Source: an uncultured archaeon (GTDB taxonomy: Archaea; Asgardarchaeota; Lokiarchaeia; Sigyniarchaeales; SOKP01). From it: a stretch of DNA of 10,289 nucleotides. The DNA is taken from contig CAYUTF010000103.1 of assembly GCA_964447495.1 (NCBI GenBank), forward strand, positions 1-10,289. Direction: 5' to 3'. Both the position numbers and the translations under genes were made by a program. Under the pieces are notes generated by a model. That model worked only from the letters and a program-made list of their open reading frames with translations. It ran no database searches and had not been told where the DNA came from. Positions 1-6,837 of this stretch are shown here, piece after piece. Every line of letters starts with the position of its first letter. Positions within the stretch are counted from its first letter, which is position 1.

Positions 1-233
1 CTGCCTTGAAAAAGAACTTTCCCAAACGATATCCGGAAAAGATGCTCAAAATCATCATTGCGGGAGAACTGTATGAAACTGAAATTTTAACCGCCGGAGG
101 AGTTTCTAAAGTTTTCTATCATGTAAAAGGTGCTTCTCATCAGGAAGTTACTAATTTATTAGAAAGAGTGTGCATTGATTCTAAACTTCCCGAATCCATC
201 AGAATCGCACATTTGATAGGTAAAGCATTATGA
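1..233 (+). CDS. DUF99 family (endonuclease V-like) protein, 3' part; truncated by window start
   Basis: Frame is open from the window edge to TGA at 231-233. The C-terminus 'SKLPESIRIAHLIGKAL' resembles the conserved DUF99 'K.PEPLR.AHLIA' ending. Confidence 0.7.
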   Translation, partial: ALKKNFPKRYPEKMLKIIIAGELYETEILTAGGVSKVFYHVKGASHQEVTNLLERVCIDSKLPESIRIAHLIGKAL

Positions 234-243
234 TTTAAGCAAT

Positions 244-284
244 AATTCGATAGTAATGCTCAAATTAGAACTATCGTATTTTTT
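244..284. terminator. Hairpin between convergent stop codons, followed by a T-run; possible terminator
   Basis: CGATAGT (248-254) pairs with ACTATCG (270-276), extendable by AAT/ATT after one mismatch; T-run at 279-284. Lies between the DUF99 stop and the GTPase stop. Confidence 0.35.
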
Positions 285-756
285 AATAAGTGGCAATTTC
301 GTATTCCAAAATCTCTTTCATCCTTTCCCTAAGCTCCGGGCGTATTGCCGACATACCGTAGGTTTTTAAGCCCCCTAACTTCTGTTGCACAACTCGTGCG
401 GGTATGGCTCCAGGTAGGTCTTGTTTATTTGCAATTGCAATTATCTTAGTGCCCAAAGTTCGTTCAAAACGATCGTATAATTGCTTGGTTTTATTGATGT
501 TCTCCTCTGTAGAGTCACAAACGATTACGGCTAAACCAGCACCCCTTAAAAAATCTTTCCACATAAATTTAAACCTTTTTTGGCCACCTAAGTCCCAGAT
601 CGAACACTTTTTCCCATTTAGTAAGGAATCCTCAACTTCCAGGCCAACTGTAGGTACTCGCTCTTCAGGTACATCTCTCCCCTGAAGCAGTGATAAAAGT
701 GAGGTTTTTCCAACTCCCCCTTCTCCAATAAGACATATCTTTTGTTTTGTTGTTAA
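283..756 (-). CDS. Arf-like small GTPase (Ras superfamily), ~157 aa; start codon uncertain
   Basis: Manual translation upstream of the ORF-track Met at 564, same frame: LTTKQKICLIGEGGVGKTS (G1), RVPTVG (G2), IWDLGGQKRFKFMW (Arf-type G3/switch II), then ANKQDLP (G4) and MSA (G5). The frame is open up to TGA at 768-766. Confidence 0.9.
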   Translation of the reverse strand, partial: LTTKQKICLIGEGGVGKTSLLSLLQGRDVPEERVPTVGLEVEDSLLNGKKCSIWDLGGQKRFKFMWKDFLRGAGLAVIVCDSTEENINKTKQLYDRFERTLGTKIIAIANKQDLPGAIPARVVQQKLGGLKTYGMSAIRPELRERMKEILEYEIATY

Positions 757-960
757 GACCTTACATCAACCCTATCCAATTAACATTATCTTAATTAGAA
801 AAGGCTAAGAACAATTCAAAAATTCAAATAATATTCACATAACATGGAATTTTATAATGAGAAAAATTGAGAAAAAGTAAACCTTCCCGATGAGAGTACT
901 CCTTTTTTAAAGATGAAATAGGAATTAACTTTGCTTTCGAGAATTATATGTCCAAGCAAT

Positions 961-1458
961 TCAATTGTGACTTATTTTATTATCTATGACTCTAAGAGCC
1001 CTATTTTTATGAATTAAGGTGATCCCATAAATGAACATTACTATAACCAAAATGAAAGGAATTAAAGAAGGAGAAATAATTGTCATAACATTATACACAA
1101 ATAAGGGACTGCCTAAATTCACTATAATGATGAGTATGATACCAACGAGCTCTAGACCGATAGTAATACCTCCTATAACCGTTAAATATATCCCTTTTGC
1201 TAAATCTGTTTCGATTGAGCGATAAATCCCTACAAAAATGATAAGCGGGCCGCAAATAAACCCAATTATCGGAAACAGCACATAAAGGTTATACGGTTCA
1301 AGATTTTCCCTCTCACCAATAATCACCGGCCAAAATATGCTCATAATTCCGAAAAGGCTCACTCCTATGATAACCAGTCCAATTATTAAAAAAGGCTTGA
1401 ACTTTTGCTTTATCATAAGTAAAGTGGTTATAAAGTCCTTTTTAACATTTTCGTACAA
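961..1458 (-). CDS. Hypothetical integral membrane protein, ~4 TM helices
   Basis: 165-aa ORF with a TTG start, four long hydrophobic segments and basic flanks. Start position uncertain. Confidence 0.7.
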   Translation of the reverse strand: MYENVKKDFITTLLMIKQKFKPFLIIGLVIIGVSLFGIMSIFWPVIIGERENLEPYNLYVLFPIIGFICGPLIIFVGIYRSIETDLAKGIYLTVIGGITIGLELVGIILIIIVNLGSPLFVYNVMTIISPSLIPFILVIVMFIYGITLIHKNRALRVIDNKISHN

Positions 1459-1701
1459 TTTTATGTATTTTTAACGATCCCGACAGAAACCGTCCGCTCT
1501 CCTTAGAGCTGTCCAGCTAGTAATATAACTAGTTTTTATGAATAATTTTTTTTATTATTTGTAAAAATGTTTTACATCCATTTAATTGTATGAAGTGATT
1601 CCCGATCTGGGTCGTTTTGCTGTTTGTCAAACAGATAACCTTATCCTTGTAAATGGAAATAAATAAAAAAATACTAAAAAGAAGATTAAATATAAGTTTG
1701 G

Positions 1702-1718
1702 AAAAAATCAAAAAAAAA
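1702..1718 (-). terminator. Oligo-T archaeal terminator of EF-1alpha
   Basis: Minus strand reads TAA-attactcc-T9-ga-T6 immediately after the stop codon. Confidence 0.5.
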
Positions 1719-1726
1719 GGAGTAAT

Positions 1727-3025
1727 TTACTCGGTGACAATATCTTTTACTATTCCCACACACGCCGTTCTTCCCATATCCCGCACAGCAAATCTGCCCA
1801 TTTCAGGAATCACTTCATACTTTTCAATACAAAGCTTCTTAATGGGTTGTAATTTCACGATCGCAACTTCGTTTCGCTTTAAGAATTTAGGCGAATCTTC
1901 TATGACAGCACCCGTCTTTTGGTCAAGTTTTTTGGTTAATTCAATGAACTTGGCGGCAACTTGAGCAGTATGAGTATGAATTACGGGAGTATAACCTTGG
2001 GCAATAGCGGTCGGATGCCAGATGACAATTATTTGACCCGTCCAGTTGCCAGTTGGGGTAACTACAGTAGGTACATTACTAGGATGCCCCATACAGTCTC
2101 CACGTCCAACATCCTTCATTTCGATACCACGAATGCTAAAACCAATGTTATCGCCTGGTTCTGCTTGCGGTATTTCTTCGTGATGCATTTCGATGCTTCG
2201 AATTTCACCTTGAAATCCGGTCGGCATGATAATAATCTTATCACCTTTCTTTAAGATTCCAGTCTCGACTCTTCCAACAGGGACTACGCCAGTACCTTTA
2301 ATTTTATAAGCATCTTGAATAGGTACTCTTAAAGGTTTATCCGTTGGTTTAGGGGGAATTATAAATTCGTCAATTGCATCAATTAAAGTAGGACCGTCAT
2401 ACCATGGCATTTTATCACTTTTTTCAACTAAATTTTCTCCAGTCATTCCGCTGGTCGGCACAAATTTAATGTTCTTTACAGGATAACCAATTTGTTTTAA
2501 TAAGGCTGAAACAGCTTCTTTACATTCGTTGTATCTCTCTTTGGAATAATCATAATTATCAGCTTTATTAATGGCGACAACTAATTGTTTTACACCGAGG
2601 GTTTGGGCTAAGTAGGCATGTTCCCTTGTTTGTCCATTCGCAGCAATACCGACTTCCATTTCTCCTTTTTTACCAGAAACGACTAAGATTGCAGCGTCAG
2701 CTTGGGATGCACCAGTAATCATGTTCTTTACGAAGTCAGCATGTCCCGGAGCATCAATGATCGTGAAGTATTTTGTTTTGGTTTCAAATTTTCTGAATGC
2801 TAAATCAATGGTAATTCCACGTTGTCGTTCTTCTTTGAGCTTATCAAATACATATGCGTATGACCATGAGGGTCTGTCATATTCTTTAGCGATTTTTTCT
2901 AATTCTCTAGCTTCACGGTCACTCACAGCGCCAGTTTTGATGAGTAAGGCACCCATCATAGTTGACTTACCGTGGTCTATATGACCGATTATCACTAGAT
3001 TCAAATGAGGTTTTTCAGTAGGCAT
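1727..3025 (-). CDS. tuf: Translation elongation factor 1-alpha (aEF1A)
   Basis: 432 aa with GHIDHGKST, ERQRGITID, DAPGHADFVKNMITGASQAD, NKAD, GTGVVPVGRVETG, PGDNIGF and MGRFAVRDMG. Confidence 0.99.
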   Translation of the reverse strand: MPTEKPHLNLVIIGHIDHGKSTMMGALLIKTGAVSDREARELEKIAKEYDRPSWSYAYVFDKLKEERQRGITIDLAFRKFETKTKYFTIIDAPGHADFVKNMITGASQADAAILVVSGKKGEMEVGIAANGQTREHAYLAQTLGVKQLVVAINKADNYDYSKERYNECKEAVSALLKQIGYPVKNIKFVPTSGMTGENLVEKSDKMPWYDGPTLIDAIDEFIIPPKPTDKPLRVPIQDAYKIKGTGVVPVGRVETGILKKGDKIIIMPTGFQGEIRSIEMHHEEIPQAEPGDNIGFSIRGIEMKDVGRGDCMGHPSNVPTVVTPTGNWTGQIIVIWHPTAIAQGYTPVIHTHTAQVAAKFIELTKKLDQKTGAVIEDSPKFLKRNEVAIVKLQPIKKLCIEKYEVIPEMGRFAVRDMGRTACVGIVKDIVTE

Positions 3026-3185
3026 AATTCATCAATTTCCTCAATTTATTATTTTATATTAATATATTTTCAATTGTTTCTATATTTAGATTAAATGATA
3101 ACTACCTTAATGATGTCCAATATATATTTTTTTCTATAAAAAGTCAGTATTAATTAGATTATACTCTCTTTCCATTGTATGAAAA

Positions 3186-3471
3186 TTACTGCAGATTCCA
3201 ATTTATCATCTCGTTAGGGTCAATTTCTAATTTAAGAACAGAATTCAAATAATAATCTAATTTCTTGATATTAGGATTGAATCCTAACTCTACATAAAAG
3301 GGTCTTCCTTTTTTGTACCCAACTATTTTATTTCTAAAATCGTGATAATAAATAGAGGCTGGGAACTGTTTATCGTTAGGGGTTCTTACGAGAACAAACA
3401 CTTCAAATAGAAGATTAAATTTTTAATTTTTCATTGGATTTTTCATAGAAATCAGACTCTGAATTTACCAT
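3186..3471 (-). pseudogene. Small hypothetical ORF (3186-3401), possibly the 3' part of a frameshifted ~94-aa gene starting at ATG 3471
   Basis: 71-aa GTG-started ORF with protein-like composition. An upstream ORF MVNSESDFYEKSNEKLKI* (ATG 3471) would join it if one A were removed from the A5 run at 3420-3424. Confidence 0.3.
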
Positions 3472-3512
3472 TTGGGAAATTAATGTTGATGAAAAAATAA
3501 TGCTGTTTTAAA

Positions 3513-3532
3513 AAAATCCATCTATGGATTTT
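3513..3532. promoter_or_regulatory. Palindrome AAAATCCAT-ct-ATGGATTTT, candidate transcription-factor site
   Basis: Perfect 9-bp arms with a 2-nt spacer in the AT-rich divergent region upstream of aIF2alpha. Confidence 0.35.
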
Positions 3533-3760
3533 GTAGAGATTTCTCATTAATGAAATGTTATTAATGTTCATCATTATGACCTAGTTGAGGCCATTTTTTT
3601 CTATGTTAGAAAAGGTTATTTAAGTATTTTTTTCAAAAAATGTTTAAAATCATTAAAAAAAATAATTATAAGACTTACAAATCATAAAGATAAAAAAAAA
3701 GGGTACATTACTTTATGATTATATAGTTCAATATAAATTTATAAAAAAACTAGATGAAAT

Positions 3761-4585
3761 ATGGTAAAAAGTAGAACGCCATTTCCGAAAGAAGGAGAGT
3801 TCGTTATCGGTCGAGTTGTGGATATTGAGCAGCAATACATCTATATTGATTTATTAGATTATAAGGGTTTACAAACAGAAGAATATGCTCGAGGGATGAT
3901 TCATATTAGTGAGATTTCAAGCCGATGGATAAAGAATATACGAAATTTTGCGAGAGTTGGACAAAGGATTGTAGTAAGAGTATTAAGAGTCGATCAAACT
4001 AAAGGCCATGTTGATTTATCGTTACGAAGGGTTAATTCTGCGCAAAAGGATAATCGTATGAAGGAATGGAAATATGCGGTTAAATATGAAAATCTTTTGC
4101 AGTTTTTTACGGAGGAAGAAGGAATTAATATCAATTTAGATCAAGCGTATGAGCTTATTGGATGGCCTATTTTGGAAAAGTTTGACTCATACCAAGAAAC
4201 AATTGAAGCCTTGAAAGAATATGGAGAGGATTTGCTTAATGATTTGGGGACTTTATCCGAACAACAAATAAAAGCATTTACAAAAGTTGTAAATGAGAAT
4301 GTTGAGATATCCACTGTTAATATCATAGGGAAGCTAAAATTGATGAATATTGATGGCGATGGCGTTGATAAAATTAAGGATACTCTAATTGAAGCAAAAA
4401 AAGTAATTGAGAAACCGAAAGAGACACGTAAGATAACAATTTCTTATCTTGGAGCTCCTTTTTATCGAATAGAGGTCATATCTAAAGATTATTTAGATGC
4501 TGAAAATATTCTCTCTGACTCGTTAGAAATAATTGAAAGAAAATCAAAACAATATAACAATACTATTGAATTTATTCGAGATTAA
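3761..4585 (+). CDS. eif2a: Translation initiation factor 2 subunit alpha (aIF2alpha)
   Basis: N-terminal S1 domain (FPKEGEFVIGRV; GMIHISEISSRWIKNIR; KGHVDLSLRRV), C-terminal YLGAPFYRI motif, 274 aa, followed by nop10. Confidence 0.97.
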   Translation: MVKSRTPFPKEGEFVIGRVVDIEQQYIYIDLLDYKGLQTEEYARGMIHISEISSRWIKNIRNFARVGQRIVVRVLRVDQTKGHVDLSLRRVNSAQKDNRMKEWKYAVKYENLLQFFTEEEGININLDQAYELIGWPILEKFDSYQETIEALKEYGEDLLNDLGTLSEQQIKAFTKVVNENVEISTVNIIGKLKLMNIDGDGVDKIKDTLIEAKKVIEKPKETRKITISYLGAPFYRIEVISKDYLDAENILSDSLEIIERKSKQYNNTIEFIRD

Positions 4586-4602
4586 TTTTGTAGGTCCTGG
4601 TT

Positions 4603-4794
4603 ATGACAAAATATCTCCAGAAATGTAAAGAATGCGGAAAATACGGGCTAGCAAACCCCGAGTCTAAATGTAAGTATTGTGGGGGACAATTAATTAATCC
4701 GCAACCTCCAAAATTTTCAACCACAGACAAGTATGGAGATTATCGTTTAATTTATTTTAAGGAAGAGTTTAAAAAGAGATTTGATAAAGATTAA
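4603..4794 (+). CDS. nop10: H/ACA RNP protein Nop10
   Basis: Zn ribbon CKECG...CKYCGG, then 'PQPPKFSTTDKYGDYR' matching Nop10 P.PPKFSPEDKYG.YR; canonical position after aIF2alpha. Confidence 0.93.
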   Translation: MTKYLQKCKECGKYGLANPESKCKYCGGQLINPQPPKFSTTDKYGDYRLIYFKEEFKKRFDKD

Positions 4795-5486
4795 GATAAA
4801 TCTACTTTTTCCGCATATTTTTCATTAATTAAAATTATCGCATTTTTATATGGCATACTCGCAACGTCATTTTTGTTGAAAGGGCCATAATTTTTCAGAT
4901 CTAAGCCCACTAGGGGAGGGGTATTTTTTATAAACCGTAGTATAGTATAGTTATAGCCCGTATCTTGTTCAAATTCTACAGATTCTTCAATATCTCCTTC
5001 GAATTCCTTGATATCATTTTCACTTTCACTTTTTTGAATCTCTTCCACATTTTCAACTATTAACTCTTTTTCAGAAATAGAAGGTGAAGCTTCTATGGGA
5101 GGCTCTTCGCTTTCAAAGTCTTCTAAGAGAGAAAGGGCTTTTATCTTATCATAACCCTTAATTGTGCTTACTAAGTTCTGATAGAGTAATTTCTCAGGCT
5201 CAAGAATGTCATTTAAATTAATTTCTTGTAAAGCAAGCGCCGCGTTCATTACTTTAATCTTCCTAATTTTCAGAAGGTCTTCAAATAAATATTCAAAATG
5301 GTCCTTGTAGGTTTCTATGAGTTCAATTTTAATTTTATCTTTATCTTCAATTTCAGTTGCCTTGATTGTATTCATACAATTCTTATAAGAATTAAAATCT
5401 TCTTGCAAAAATTGAGTTAACTCTGTTTGGTCAAATTCAGCTAGCCAATGTTGAAACAGGCGATCATAATCCTTTTTTAAATTCAT
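4791..5486 (-). CDS. GINS complex subunit Gins15 (Gins51), A-domain/acidic linker/B-domain
   Basis: Helical A-domain with 'LLKIRKIKVM' and 'ILEPEKLLY'; acidic linker; C-terminal B-domain 'ILRFIKNTPPLVGLDLKNYGPFNKNDVASMPYKNAIILI'. Located after priS. Confidence 0.9.
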   Translation of the reverse strand: MNLKKDYDRLFQHWLAEFDQTELTQFLQEDFNSYKNCMNTIKATEIEDKDKIKIELIETYKDHFEYLFEDLLKIRKIKVMNAALALQEINLNDILEPEKLLYQNLVSTIKGYDKIKALSLLEDFESEEPPIEASPSISEKELIVENVEEIQKSESENDIKEFEGDIEESVEFEQDTGYNYTILRFIKNTPPLVGLDLKNYGPFNKNDVASMPYKNAIILINEKYAEKVDLS

Positions 5487-5559
5487 AAAATTCGAATAAT
5501 ATTGATTGGTACTTATTAAACATGTAAATTCGAAAATAAATATTAGCCAGAAAAATATG

Positions 5560-6837
5560 CTAATACATTGATATAGGCTTTGCTACTTCCTTACATAATA
5601 AATAGATAGCAATATGCTTTGGGACTTTTATTTTTTCTCCTTTATTATATGGTCCATAATGAATACCTTTGATTTTTGTTGCTGGTACAAATTCTTCAGT
5701 AATCTCTAAATTTATATCAATACCTTTTTGCTGAAAGACAATAGGGTCTTTTGATTTGTCAGGCTCGTCTAAAGGATTAAAGTCTTCTAACTCTTCAATC
5801 AAAAGTTCTTGTGCTTTAAAACCAGTTTTCCCATGAAGTGATCCAGGATATCTAATTAACCTATGAACATCTACAGATACAGGCTCATCAATATGTGCGC
5901 CTACTCTTTTAGCGATACCTGTTAAAAACAATTTCCATTTATTTATATCGAACCCTTCTAATGACCAATCATTAATTTCACTATTCTTAAACCTATCTAA
6001 AAAAATATTCTTTTGATTTAAGAAACTCGAGATTTGATTTTTTTTAAAACCTAAATCCATTAAAAAATGCTGGAGCTCTAAATCGGATTGATTCAATAAT
6101 GATTCAATCTCATCGGTTATTTTCTTAGCCCATCCAATATTTTCCCTTGATAATCCATAAATGATACCACTTCTTGTTCTTAATCCTAAAATTTCAAAAT
6201 TTAAATTTTCACCAGTCAAATAGTCAACTATTTCTCTTCTAGCATCACTTGAAAGGTTTCTTAAATTGTCATCTTCGACTTTTAAATGATAACCGCGGTG
6301 TCCTGAAAAAGCGATCATCACCGATTTTTCATTTATTCCGAAATCGGGAATTAAAAAATTGTATAAGAGTTTTAAGATTTCTTCTTTTGCAATATTTAAG
6401 CATTTTTCACATATCCAGCTCACATTTTTTATTTTTAAACTTCCACAATCTGGACATTTGGGAGGCATTCCTTTCCCGCTTTTATAACAACTTTTACAAT
6501 ACCAACTATCATGATCGTCTTTACAGGGAGTATAGAAATGATCCACATCGATATCAATAATTAAATCACATCCTTCATACTCTTTTTTTTCCATATTTGG
6601 GATTTCTGGATGGGCATAAAGTGACCCACTCGAATAAACATGTTTAGGACCACTGTTGATGAGATAGTCATTAAGATTTTTTTTTTTCTCAAATCCCATA
6701 TGTCGAAGCATAATTGGTTTATCCCAGGAGAGGAACGCAAATTCTCTTTTTGTAAAGAAACTCACTTCGGGTAGATTTATCGCATTCTTTTTATAATAAT
6801 CCTTAAATGTTCTTATTAGAAATTTGACTGGACTCAT
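5560..6837 (-). CDS. priS: DNA primase small catalytic subunit PriS; likely start at ATG 6837 (MSPVKFLIRTFKDYY), 425 aa
   Basis: AEP motifs REFAF, PKHVYSS, LIIDIDVD, FSGHRGYHL and IDEPVSVDVHRLIRYPGSLHGKTG. The ORF-track start at 6978 lies deep inside priL. Confidence 0.96.
   Translation of the reverse strand: MSPVKFLIRTFKDYYKKNAINLPEVSFFTKREFAFLSWDKPIMLRHMGFEKKKNLNDYLINSGPKHVYSSGSLYAHPEIPNMEKKEYEGCDLIIDIDVDHFYTPCKDDHDSWYCKSCYKSGKGMPPKCPDCGSLKIKNVSWICEKCLNIAKEEILKLLYNFLIPDFGINEKSVMIAFSGHRGYHLKVEDDNLRNLSSDARREIVDYLTGENLNFEILGLRTRSGIIYGLSRENIGWAKKITDEIESLLNQSDLELQHFLMDLGFKKNQISSFLNQKNIFLDRFKNSEINDWSLEGFDINKWKLFLTGIAKRVGAHIDEPVSVDVHRLIRYPGSLHGKTGFKAQELLIEELEDFNPLDEPDKSKDPIVFQQKGIDINLEITEEFVPATKIKGIHYGPYNKGEKIKVPKHIAIYLLCKEVAKPISMY

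Noticed and set aside
404-685. 93-aa + strand ORF
   Set aside because: Antisense shadow of the Arf-like GTPase; no motifs.
1031-1225. 64-aa + strand ORF
   Set aside because: Antisense to the membrane-protein gene.
1529-1711. 60-aa - strand ORF after EF-1alpha (checked as a possible rps10)
   Set aside because: No S10 similarity; it begins within the oligo-T terminator and has low-complexity AT-driven composition.
1653-2984. Three + strand ORFs (1653-1964, 1961-2254, 2721-2984)
   Set aside because: Antisense shadows of the highly conserved EF-1alpha gene.
3899-3943. Ser in aIF2alpha 'ISEISSRW' aligning with the eukaryotic Ser51 phosphorylation loop
   Set aside because: This loop is broadly conserved in archaeal aIF2alpha, so it is not evidence of eukaryote-like regulation.
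4141-4326. 61-aa - strand ORF
   Set aside because: Antisense to aIF2alpha.
6249-6560. 103-aa + strand ORF
   Set aside because: Antisense to the priS catalytic region.
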